DNA of 20,000 nucleotides from Perkinsus olseni (lineage: Eukaryota), in contig JABANN010000129.1 of the NCBI GenBank assembly GCA_013115125.1, forward strand, positions 45,128 to 65,127, written 5' to 3'. How positions within the stretch are numbered: position 1 is the stretch's first letter; every line of letters begins with the position of its first letter. The notes under the pieces were generated by a model, which saw nothing but the letters and a program-made list of their open reading frames with translations, did no database searches and was not told the DNA's origin. The position numbers and the translations under genes were made by a program. Shown here one piece after another: positions 1 through 10,337 of this stretch.

Positions 1-40
1 ATGATGAGACAGTTGGTTGCCCTTTCATTCGTTGGTAGTA

Positions 41-2667
41 ATGACAGACCGTCAGAATCGCCCCGGCCAAAAGACCGGTTCCGGAGCCCCCATGACGGCC
101 CAGGAGGCGGCTATGGACAGGAGAGAGAGGCTCAGAAGACTTGCGATGGAGACGGTACTAATCACTTCGGGAGGAGGGAGAGAGAACTCATTGATGTCAA
201 TCCTGTCCAGCTGGATTTGTAGTGTTTTATCATGCTCGATTGCAACGGAAACGCATGAACTCGTTCATCTTTCAACGTCTTTGATTAATCACAACGATTC
301 GATATCGAAGAGAGCAGGGAGAGGCTTATGTCCATGTGGTTGCGCTCAGTTAACACTATTTCATCGCCGCCGATTGCAACAAAAAAGTAGTCGTTGATAT
401 CTCATTCACGGCGTGCGTTTCGAGTACCTAAGGGGTCTCATCCCCTCCGCACCGTCTCCTCCACTTTGGCCCTTCGCCATTTTGAAAATGTGGATTCCAT
501 ATCTGCAGTTGTAGTATCTTGTTCATTTTGGTATTCTCAGGTTGACCTGTCAAAAGATCCGTATCTTCTGCGTAATCATCTGGGTACTTACGAGTGTAAG
601 TTGTGTCTTACTCTGCATACGAATGAAGGCAGCTACCTGGCACATACTCAGGGAAAGAAGCATCAGGTAGGCGTCGGGGCTGGGGATTTCACCAAAATAT
701 TTTTCCTTGCGAAAGAACAGATAAAATACCTAGAAATTTTCAACCATGGTGAAAAACTATTACCGGACAATGATGAATTTTTTTGATTTGTGATCAATTT
801 TCTTGGCAGAATTTTCTAGGAAAATCGTGTTCCGTTTTCGCGTAGCTGCCGGTTGGAGCTGTTAGTGTGCAAAGTTACAGCCTTTAGCGAGTAAAGTACA
901 GCATGCAGGAGATTGGGGAGGTTATGCCACATGGCAGCAACAGCAGCTGGAGGCAACACAGTGGTGCCAACACTCGGATGTTGGCTCAGTGCGTCGATTG
1001 TTCGACCGCCGTTCCCGTTGTGGCGTAGTGGCCTCATTCTCAGAAAACTCAGAAAATTGCATCCATTTCGAGCTTGTCTTGAGGGATAACGAATTACGAA
1101 TTCGGCTGTAGGGTTCAATGCAACTCGTAGCGGATTGGAGGATCGGCAACTAAGTGATTCACCGGGCCTGAATTCTCTCTTCTGATGATATCTTAGAGAA
1201 CGCGCAATGATAGGTGAATCTGGCGAGGAGAGCAGCTAAGGAGGCGATGGTTGGCACGCCCGCACCGATCCCGGGAGAGGGTGATGGTCCGTATGGTGCG
1301 CAAGGCCTTCACAAGAGTAAGTAGTATCTTATGTCGAAGGCGGCATTGGACGAAATTTTGGATATTTCGTCAATTTCAGAGTCGGTTGCGCCTAGGATTG
1401 GTCGGCCGGGGTATCGTGTGACGAAGCAGAGAGACCCGATGACGTACCAGAAGAGTTTGTTGTTTGAGGTGGACTATCCCGAGATCGACACAAAGGTCAC
1501 CACCACGCCATTGTAAGATCTGGGCGGGGTTTACTGGGACTTAGAGAAGTCCGCGATAAATGAGTATTGAGCGATAGAATCTCATAAGCGGGACCCGTCG
1601 CTTGATTCCCGAGGCAGGGGTTTCGACAGAAATGTTACGCAAACGTGTGGAAAAGACGGGAGGAAATAAGGCTAGGATTGAGACAAACTTGAAGGGAGTA
1701 CAGTGCTCCAGATAATCTCAGAATATTTCGAAAAAGATATCTCCGTAAGTTACGGAGATTTCGGAGTTACGGACCGTAACAATCGCGAATCAGAAGCTGT
1801 TTCTTGAATATGTTGTGTATAATGGCAATGCATAAAGATTGTGATCAAAACCGTTTCATGAGTAGATTCTGAGAAATGGGCACAAATGCGTGGGTTTCTT
1901 TCACGCAAGATTATGTTGAGCACAAATGTCGTGAACTTAGCGAGATGTCCAAGCATCTTCCAGAGGCTTCAAGTTTCTACATGATAGACTGCTTCTCTGA
2001 GATGACTTACGGCAGTCGTTGGGGAGGGTCGACCATCATGCAAGATTCCTCGATCTTTTCTCAGGTATCGTATTATGTCATGTTACGAGCAAAGGGTGGA
2101 GGAGCCCGATAGGGACTATCAGTAATAACCGGGTATCTTAGGTCGAAGCTTGCACTTTACGGTGGGGCTAGCGCGAGATAGTCGGGGATTATCTTCACTC
2201 TTGCGTGATATCTTGTGAAGATAGGGCATGCTGAATGTTGTGGGTATCTTAGGTCGAAGCTTGCATTGAGTAATTGCATTCTAAATCACCTTAATGTGAT
2301 CAGGTATCTTCTGATTGCCGCGGAGCCTTATGAGACCATCTCCTTCAAGATTCCCAATCTTGATATTGACAGAAGCCCGGAGAAGCTGTACCAGCATTGG
2401 GATCCCGTGAGAAAAAATTACATGTTACAGGTAACGGCGGAGCGAAGCAATTTGGGTGTGGTTGGAGAAGGTGGCGGCACATCGTCGTTCACGGTATCAC
2501 TGAATTCTGAGCACAGTGTGGTGGTTCGGTCGAATTTCGTGGCGCGCGGTAATATTTATCCTTCGCTGTGCGTTGCTCAGTTGTGCTTCAACGAGAGGGG
2601 GGAGAAGCAGCTGCCTGCCTTGGCCGGTAAATCGGGCCACTTCGATCCGATTGGAGTTAGGGGCTAA
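41..2667 (+). CDS. SF3A2: Splicing factor 3A subunit 2 (SAP62/PRP11), 7 exons
   Basis: Exons 41-154, 541-666, 1214-1316, 1380-1512, 2065-2121, 2304-2430 and 2581-2667. All introns are GT..AG and phase-consistent. The spliced protein reads MTDRQNRPGQKTGSG..DRRERLRRLAMET/VDLSKDPYLLRNHLGTYECKLCLTLHTNEGSYLAHTQGKKHQ (matrin-type Zn finger)/VNLARRAAKEA../KSVAPRIGRPGYRVTKQRD..SLLFEVDYPEI../YRIMSCYEQRVEEPDRDYQ/YLLIAAEPYETISFKIP.., matching the SF3A2 motifs as I recall them. Confidence 0.97.
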
Positions 2668-2712
2668 GGAAGATTACGATGATAAGAAGCTTTATACGTT
2701 GGACGGAAAAGT

Positions 2713-2753
2713 TGTGTTCACCGGGGATCGAACCTGGGTCTTCCGACTGTTAA
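2713..2753 (-). pseudogene. tRNA 3' half (probably tRNA-Val AAC); 5' half not found
   Basis: Minus strand reads TTAACAG-TCGGA-AGAC-CCAGG-TTCGATC-CCCGG-TGAACAC-A: anticodon loop (AAC), 3' anticodon stem, variable loop, T arm (B box), 3' acceptor strand and discriminator, followed by ACTTTT (Pol III terminator-like). No D arm or 5' acceptor strand (GTGTTCA/G) lies upstream on that strand. Confidence 0.6.
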
Positions 2754-2986
2754 TACGGGATTCAGTCTATTCTTTTGGGTTGAACTACAGTAGTTATCCC
2801 ATTTTCGGACTGACTTGAATTCGCTAAGGGATAGGGGCTCCGGCAAATCCTTCCTCACAAACAGAGGAGAGGCGTGGAAGACGGACGAGTTCATCTGATT
2901 CCAGTGGGGCCGTCATTGCTTCTGGCTGACTTCCCGGTCTTGGCGAGGACCACTGCCCGAACTCCCAGTCCCGAGTCAGTTTTGTT

Positions 2987-4850
2987 ATGGCCAACCCTCA
3001 GCGAGCTAGCCTGCTCGAGAGTGTCCAGAAGGCAGCCCAGGACAGCTATCGTTGGCGTGTCGATGATCCCTGCACGAGCAGTGGGGAGGACCTCAGGATT
3101 TGGAAGTTCGATGATGATATGGGCGACTGTGAGTTGGGTGATGGATGGTACGGTCGTATAGCTTGGCATATTTTCACGTTTGATTTGGAGTGCTCAAGTT
3201 TCTACAGTGAAGGGGCTGCTGCTGGGTATCGAGGCTTCTGTGGTGAACCGACCTTTGGCATTGTGTGGGACTTGTTACAGAGTTTACCATGGAAAACTTA
3301 CTCGACTTTTTTACCTTCGGTTCAACTTGAAATCGATTACATGATCGATTCTGAGTTATCTGTTGTAATTGATTAACGGGTGTGAAAGTTTCTCTTCTGA
3401 AAGCTATTATTCGCGGATGCAGGAGTTTTTTCAAGCTTGTCCAAGATGATTTTTGTATACCCCGCAGATGGAATCTTTGGACGCACAGCGAAGGTTTTTT
3501 CTGTGAATTTCGTGGCGCGCGAAGTTACATGTCGGTGTGAGCAGGTACGAAGTTGCCTTTAAAATTACTAGGCCCTTCGGACAGGTTGGACTTACCATCG
3601 GACTGCGGCTCGGAAGCGACCACTGTCCTCGCTCTGGTGGGGGAGGGGATGGTCTCCTCGGAGGTGTTGTTCTATGAGGCCTCCCCGTTGACAGGCTTAC
3701 CACCTAAGCTGCCTTTGGAAGACGTTTCTTGAGCTATGTGGCTGTTGAATTTTATGCTACTTTACCGACCACAACCGGTCGACACCATCGTGGCTGCAGG
3801 GGTGATTTCGTGGGGTCCGTCCCTGAGAACGGTAGGGGGAAGCGTATGCGTAGCGATTGTACGACTATCATTCATCCCCGGCTCGGTGGTCGGTGTTCTT
3901 TCAAGGCGAGGATCTTCTGGGCCGCTCCAGCGCCGCTGCTTCTTCTACAATACTTCTCTCGGTGGATTCTCTCTGTCCCTGGCCTTCGCGGTCACCTGTG
4001 ATTGGCTATCTAGAGAATCGAGATGACTTCGCGGGGCTGATGCGGAATCCCCTCAGATTTTTGCCTCTGATGGCCAGCGTTCTTCGCTGGGTAGGGTCGA
4101 CACTGTCGCGTCGTCTAGATCAGAGGTTCTGGTTGGGCGGCTCCGTGCAGCTGTCAAGACCGTGGAGTGCACAGCAACAGCAGCAGATTTGGGAGTTCAG
4201 GGGGATATCGTCCAAGTGTCGGATGTAGGCAAGGGCGACGAGAGGTGGTGAGGGTTATTGGTGATAGCAGTGAGGATAATGAATCGTCTGAATAGCGGAT
4301 CGCTGTATTCAAGCAGAGTTTTCATCCCTACACACGTTTCGGTTTCTACTTTGTAGCGGGCCGTTAGTAAGGGCTTGAAGTGTCTGTGGTGGTTCCGTTC
4401 GAAGCCCCTGGACCGTTAGCGCCCCGGGAGCGCAGATCGTAGTGGTTATAACCATGTCTGTGTCGTGAGGTGAAGGCAAGGCGCAATCAACGTTGGTTGC
4501 TTACAACAACGTGTTTGCTGATAATGAATGAGAGATGGTCTGTCGCAGATCGTGCTGCTCTTGGACGATGATCATCAGTGTTGGCTCAGCGGCAGATTAA
4601 TGGCAGTCCGGGGCGTGGTCTGGTTCAGGTATCTTTCTATCAAGAAGTATCATTTCATTAAGCGGTGCAAGAAGAACATAGGCGTATCCAAGATACCTCA
4701 GCTGCATAGGAAGGCCCGTTCCAAGGCTGTGAGTAGGGGAAGGTGTGGTATGAGTTATTGGAGTCCTGTGATTGGTAGGAGAAGAAGCGCCCTATCCAGA
4801 AGGAGCATCGGGCCACGCCGAAAATTATGGTGTTCCGTCGGGAACGATGA
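2987..4850 (+). CDS. Multi-exon hypothetical protein with N-terminal UBE2J/Ubc6-like E2 fold, catalytic Cys apparently absent
   Basis: Phase-consistent exons 2987-3128, 3162-3225 and 3281-~3319, then 3468-3493, 3545-3584 and 3695 onward, give ..DDMGDSWHIFTFDLECSSFYSEGAAAGVYHGKL.. and ..MESLDAQRRYEVAFKITRPFGQAYHLSCLWKTFLEL. Later exon-like blocks (SEVLVGRLRAAVKTVEC.., YLSIKKYHFIKRCKKN.., EKKRPIQKEHRATPKIMVFRRER*) end at TGA ~4850. The junction at ~3320-3467 and several downstream junctions are unresolved, so the span could be two genes. Confidence 0.5.
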
Positions 4851-5052
4851 CCTGTGGCCTCTAACATGATGAAAGTGTGTGCCGTTTCCGTTTCCTTGTC
4901 CGTCGGTCTCGCGTTGGCGGCAGGCCGCATAAATTCTCTTCTATCGATGACAGAACTGTAGATGAGCTCATGTAGAGATGAGTTTATCGGCTGGGGTGAT
5001 GTGGAATTGATCGGGTTGGCACGACGGTGGTAACTTCTACGTCGGCCACTCG

Positions 5053-5493
5053 CTATCTTACTCGGCCATTGCTGTGGCCACTACCATGACAGTTTATGTT
5101 GTTTCCGTTTTCTCGGTCTTCACGGTTTCGCCTTGTGTGCATCGGGTGTATCTTGTGCGACCGAATCAGAGGTGAACTGAGTTCACTGAACTCGCTTATG
5201 GGTGAGCCGAGCGAGTTTGGTGAGGAGTCCGCAGTCGCGGCGAGCCCTGTCTGGAAGAGCAGGTTGAGGGCCACTGTTGTGTAGAATTGGCCTGATGACC
5301 GCTGGAAGCCCCCTCGAGGAGAGGGACGTCGTGGTTGTGCCGTGAACAGTCCGAATCGGACTGTCCGATGTATCAGGAAGGCTTCGACCAATTTGGACTG
5401 GTCGAATGGTTCATGGTCGAATGAGTTGGGAGAAATAGTCGACCGCCTCGGTGACCGCCCTTCGGTCAGCCCTCTTCTTCTTGAGACCATCAA
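5053..5493 (-). CDS. Possible hypothetical protein
   Basis: 146-aa ATG-initiated ORF between two plus-strand genes; no recognisable motif. Confidence 0.2.
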   Translation of the reverse strand: MMVSRRRGLTEGRSPRRSTISPNSFDHEPFDQSKLVEAFLIHRTVRFGLFTAQPRRPSPRGGFQRSSGQFYTTVALNLLFQTGLAATADSSPNSLGSPISEFSELSSPLIRSHKIHPMHTRRNREDRENGNNINCHGSGHSNGRVR

Positions 5494-5614
5494 TGACTTC
5501 AGTTTCGAATCTTCTTGTTTGTTGATACTTAAGTTATCTTGTGGCGGCTACCGTCAGCCTCCTTCTGAGACCATCGCCGACTGGCAGTTTTGAATTTCTT
5601 GATTGTTGATAGTA

Positions 5615-6712
5615 ATGAGATCGATACTCCCTTCAGTCGCCTCCGCCCTTCTCCTTTCTGCTCAGGAGGCTTCCTCTTGGGGCCCCGACGGCCACGCTGT
5701 CGTCGCTGAACTTGCCGATACTCGTATGTCGAGTGACGCCAGGAAGTGGATCTACGAGATCATGGGGGAGGGCTACCGCCTGGCGACCTCAGCCAGCTGG
5801 GCGGACAGTATCCTTCACGGCAGTGATAGTGGCAGCTGGCAGTGGTCCATGCCCTTGCACTACGTTAATGTTGACAACTGCGAGTTCGTGTATTCCAGAG
5901 ACTGCCAGAGCGATGTGTGTGTGGCGGGAGCGATCAAAAATTATACGGCCCAGTTGACTAATACGAGTTTATCGGCGGAGCGAAGGCAGGAGGCTGTGAA
6001 ATTTTTAACACATTTTATGGGAGATGTCCACCAACCTCTTCACGCTGGACGATACACAGATCTGGGCGGCAACACGATCAGCGTTGCTATTAACTTCGCC
6101 AATTACGAGAAGACCAATCTGCATATGGTCTGGGATGAGAAGCTTATCGACGAGTATGAGGAGGAGCTCTATCCGGGAACCTATGTCCAGCAGGACGCCG
6201 ATTACGATATGGACCGCACCCAGTACTGGAGCGTGACCGCTGATGAGATCGGACGAGACTTGAACGCTGGTGGAAAGTATGCTGGCAAGGTGGCTTCGTG
6301 GCTGAGCAAGTGTGAAAGTCTAGGGCTCGATGTTTGTGTGAATGAGATGGTGCAAGAGTCGGCTTCGTTGGCCTGCATGGTTGCTTACGTCAATGTGGAC
6401 GGTGCCCAGGTCCAGAATAACGGCAGTTTGTCGATGGACTACTACAACAGCAGGATAGAGACTGTCAGGGAGCAGCTCGCTAAGGGAGCTGTCCGCCTGG
6501 CTTGGGTGTTGGACAACGCTTTCGATAATTTTACTACCACAACTGCACCTCCTACTACTACTTCGACAACCACCCCGACGACGACAGGCACTTCTTCGGA
6601 TAGTACCGCACCAACGCCAACTTCTACTACCCCATCTAGCGGCGCTGTGACTTACCATGGTCGAGCTTGGATGCTTTTTGTTGGTATCATGGCGGTAGTT
6701 GCTACGCTGTGA
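5615..6712 (+). CDS. S1/P1 nuclease (class I nuclease / 3'-nucleotidase-nuclease-like), secreted, probably GPI-anchored
   Basis: Intronless ORF with ATG at 5615. Signal peptide MRSILPSVASALLLSAQEASS is followed by WGPDGH (mature N-terminal Trp and His Zn ligands), WAD, LHYVN, LTHFMGDVHQPLH, DLGGN, NLHMVWD and QLAKGAVRLAWVLD. A Thr/Ser/Pro-rich stalk and a C-terminal hydrophobic tail with no cytosolic residues follow. Confidence 0.96.
   Translation: MRSILPSVASALLLSAQEASSWGPDGHAVVAELADTRMSSDARKWIYEIMGEGYRLATSASWADSILHGSDSGSWQWSMPLHYVNVDNCEFVYSRDCQSDVCVAGAIKNYTAQLTNTSLSAERRQEAVKFLTHFMGDVHQPLHAGRYTDLGGNTISVAINFANYEKTNLHMVWDEKLIDEYEEELYPGTYVQQDADYDMDRTQYWSVTADEIGRDLNAGGKYAGKVASWLSKCESLGLDVCVNEMVQESASLACMVAYVNVDGAQVQNNGSLSMDYYNSRIETVREQLAKGAVRLAWVLDNAFDNFTTTTAPPTTTSTTTPTTTGTSSDSTAPTPTSTTPSSGAVTYHGRAWMLFVGIMAVVATL
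6533..6640 (+). repeat. Thr/Ser/Pro low-complexity (ACN-rich) coding tract, mucin-like stalk
   Basis: Encodes TTTTAPPTTTSTTTPTTTGTSSDSTAPTPTSTTPSS. Confidence 0.85.
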
Positions 6713-7929
6713 GCTTCTACGTGATCTTTAATGGGTCTGACCGGGCGGGTCTGCAGGTCTCGAGGGACACCTTCTATTCTATCCTTCCTTAACAACATCT
6801 TAATATCGTCTGGCTTGCCTGTAGTATGGCTGTCAACCTGGTCTCCTATTGTCGACTATGAGCAGCTCACCGGTGAACAGCAGCCAGTTTAACCTTGAAG
6901 TCGGTAGCAGCTCCTCCCTCTCAATTGTGTCTGGGGGGTCCCCTTTATCAAATGCATCGCCTTGTGTTCTGTCATGTATCGCGGGACTCTCATCGTTCTC
7001 TCCTCAGTTAGAAAGGTCCTTGGCCAAGCGGTTTCGTGTGGAGGGAGTGACGTAATTAGGTGGCCCGTGCGGCACCCTTCCACGTGCTTTCTTTCAACGG
7101 TTATTGATTTGCTCTTTCTGATCGGAAGATTCTTCCAATGAGAAGATGAACCGAGCTCACTAAAACGGTTAGCTGAGATGAGCCTCGATAGAATTCGCCT
7201 CGTGATGGTGTGATGTGGAAGGCTTCCTGTGCCGGTCAGCCGTAGAAGGTAAGGAAGCTGCAAGCTTCGCCCCAATGCAGTCGGTCCCCAGTTGTCTAAC
7301 AGGCTGTCTAACAGCCAATTCTCTCCGTGCAAAAGTTTTGTACTCACGGACAAATCTCAACTCTTGCGATTCGCACATCAAAATGCAACGTATTGTACTC
7401 TCAGCGGCTCCCACAGACATTTAGCGATAGCTTAACCTCTGTTGGTTCGATCTGAAGTCCCTAGGCGAGAACACAAAGGTTGGGCAGTGGCCAGGCCCGA
7501 GCTTTCCAACAGGTATTGTCAAATGACAGTGGATTTAGGGGGCATCCTGTGAATTTGAAGTACATTCAAGCTGCCGATCCCTCATGCGAAAGGAGGCCGA
7601 CATTTTATGAGCGGCCAAGCAGCATATTATTTCTACGATTGCCAATCGCCGATTGGTCAGACCGTGTTAGACACTGCCAAGTTCATCACTTCACTTACCT
7701 CGTCATTATGGTGACACGATCACACACTTTGCCACCTCGCTGGGAGGTTATAATAGGTTGTCAATAGACTTTGACACCGGTATCGAATTATGCCATCGCG
7801 TATCCGGTAGCCTCCACGCTTGATACGAAGGAATGGCTTGTCGTGTTGGGACACTCGAGAGGTCCTTGACTTGGTCAGTGATCTTTGCTTGTGGAGATCT
7901 ATATTTCCTCAGTACTGTGCCAGCTCGCT

Positions 7930-10337
7930 ATGCTCTCTTCACGCTCGCTCATCATCCTTACCATCGGTATACGAGGACATCTAGGAGATGGCTCTTTCGC
8001 GGTACCCCGGCTACGTTCCATTTTTAGCTTCCCAGCGACTCAACGAGTTTTTTTCCGTTCCGCTGACCTCTAGCTTGACTCCTGACCAGCTGCGTTGCCT
8101 TATCGGTGATCAGTATAACGTCTTAACGTCATACCTAATATCAAGTAAATTTGCCGAGCGCCGGCGCGATCTTGCGGATTGCTTTTTTACCACGGATCTC
8201 ATGCAGACTTGCTCATTCGCACACGAGCGAATTTTATTGCTATCCAGAACATATGAAAGTATTGTTATATAGTATGCTAAAAATACTATTCTTTGCTACT
8301 GCCTGTCACCCTTCCCTCAGTCGGAACTGTTCCAGCTCGCTCTGGCTAGACCGCCTGCTCACGAGAAGTCCTCGATGGAGCTCAGCGGCATCTCCACCGA
8401 CCCTCCTCCAGAGGACGCTGCCTTCGCTGATCTCGACAAGATCGACTGGGGCCTTCCGATGCTGGCGCGGGCTGGAGGCTGGGTGCACCCTGGTATCAAG
8501 TACCTTCGACCAAAGGTTCGACCGAGTTACTTCGACTGCCGTTAACAGTCGCGCTCAGATGGAACTCCGACCGAGCGGAGTGTTCTCTGTCTTCGAGCGT
8601 GAGATTCCTGCGGGAGAGGTTTTAATGAGGATTCGTGAGCATGCTGCTGTGAGTCGACGAGAGCTCAGCGGCGAAGGGGTTGATGATGGATCAACAGATA
8701 TCACCGAAGATGCTTGACGATAGTGTCTGGTCAGAAAGCGAGAAGCGTCGGATCTCTAAGCTCACTCCAGAAGCGAAGATAGCCCTCTTCCTTTTGTCGG
8801 AGCGGGAGCGCGGTGCCCATGGACGCTGGGGTCTTTTGATCTCTAAAGTGACGCAGGTTCGATACCCACGGCTGTCGATTTGTGAATGCCGTAGGTCTTC
8901 TCAACGACCCCTGCAGTACCCCCGTCGGTAGAGGAATGGTCAGCTTTGAATAAGCGAGTGAAGAACATGTACAGGACAGTAAAGGCACTGGCCATCCTCG
9001 GCAACGTCAGTGCTGCTATCACTCCCATCGAAAGCGCCCTCTGCTGCAGAGCTCCTGGTCCGACGCCTTCGTGGCACTCCACTACGCACAGTCGAGGACG
9101 ATCGCCTTGCCGAGCGGATGTTCCCTCTCCTCGGACAGGTAAGTGGACGCTCCCTCATGCTTGCTAAGGAGTGTCTAGCCCGGTATTGAAAACGCAGGCA
9201 CCGCTTGGTTGTGGGTTTGGACCTCCTCAACCACGCCTACAATGTATCAGCAGTGAATGCTCGAGTTGGCTATGCTCGATCGCAACTAGTAGGCCCACCA
9301 GTGGCCCCCCGCCGCTTTCGGGTCATCTCAGAACTGCTTCCCCCTTCTTGTTGAAGCTGCTACTAACATCACTCAGGGCTATGAAGTTGTCCTCAGCTAC
9401 GCTGCTCTAGTCAGCAGTATCCCACCGAAGGTGACTATCAGTTCCCCTCACATTCTCGCGATACACTTTGGCGTAACACCTTCAGAATCTCTGCAATTGG
9501 TAGCTTCTGTTTAACGGACTGGACAGAAGCCGTTCATAGTTCATAACACTGCAGCGCCAGGAGATGATAGGCTGGTCTTCGCTAGCAAGGGGGCCGCTAG
9601 CAACAGGGCTCAAGGGTGTTCTATCTGCACCCACAGCTCCGTTATTTCCTCTTCACTGGTGGTAGTTGCGAGTACGCAAGCAATTCCTTCGACCGCATTC
9701 GTTCTTATTGAAAACGTTCTAGGGGCCCACAAGCTAGGAAGACCTTCCTACTAGCTCCGCACGCGTGCACAGCAGCAGAGCTAAGTCCGTAGCAACTCAC
9801 CGACTCGTCCGTGGATATCGGAAACATGCCTTTGTGACAGGTCAAACCGTGTGAGTGGTGGCTGGTGAAGTACAACTTCGTCCCTGGACACACCCGTAGT
9901 GATGACCCTCTAGCGGTACCGCAGCTCCCCGGTGTCACTCATCCCCGGTATACAGCTGAGAGCGAGCTGGGCGTGGGCGATGCAAGAGGGATTGGCAAGA
10001 GTCCGGAATGGATAAGGGAAATCCAGCAGAGGTCAGCACGCGTTCCCTTCACCCGATGAGTTGAACCACAGCTAGAGGTGTCAGTATAACTCATGGCTCC
10101 ATCGTAGTTGTGCACTATAACTCAGTATAGTGATCTGTAGCTTGATGAACCACTTACAATCACTCGCAGACGAACCCAGGGTGCAGAATCATATATCGGT
10201 AGTCATATATCAAGTAGAGATGGTAGACACTATAGTGCAGCTGGTACTGTTCTCCCCAGGTGGAGGTCGAGGTGCTTGAGGAGCTATCATCTTTTCGACG
10301 GTTCAACGGTACCGATGAATCTTCTCGACTGCGCTAG
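7930..10337 (+). CDS. SET-domain protein lysine methyltransferase, Rubisco-LSMT/SETD3-like, multi-exon (5' end uncertain)
   Basis: Exon translations: ..LARAGGWVHP (~8460-8490); SGVFSVFEREIPAGEVLMRI; IALFLLSERERGAHGRWGLLI; SWSDAFVALHYAQSRTIAL; HRLVVGLDLLNHAYN (9199-9243, SET NH motif); LVEAATNITQGYEVVLSY (~9347-9400, GEEV.ISY motif). The last exon 10260-10337 ends in TAG. The motif order matches the LSMT-type SET family. Confidence 0.8.

Noticed and set aside
770..1190. Box C-like TGATGA motifs in SF3A2 intron 2 (possible C/D snoRNA)
   Set aside because: No suitably spaced box D (CTGA) with terminal stem or recognisable guide.
5550..5572. ACCGTCAGCC.. upstream of the nuclease, resembling a relict perkinsid/dinoflagellate spliced leader (ACCGTAGCCATYTTGGCTCAAG)
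   Set aside because: Only ~9 nt match, with an insertion, and the TTGGCTCAAG half is missing.
6849..7767. Short overlapping ORFs on both strands
   Set aside because: No recognisable motif or confident exon chain. A gene may exist, but I cannot support it.
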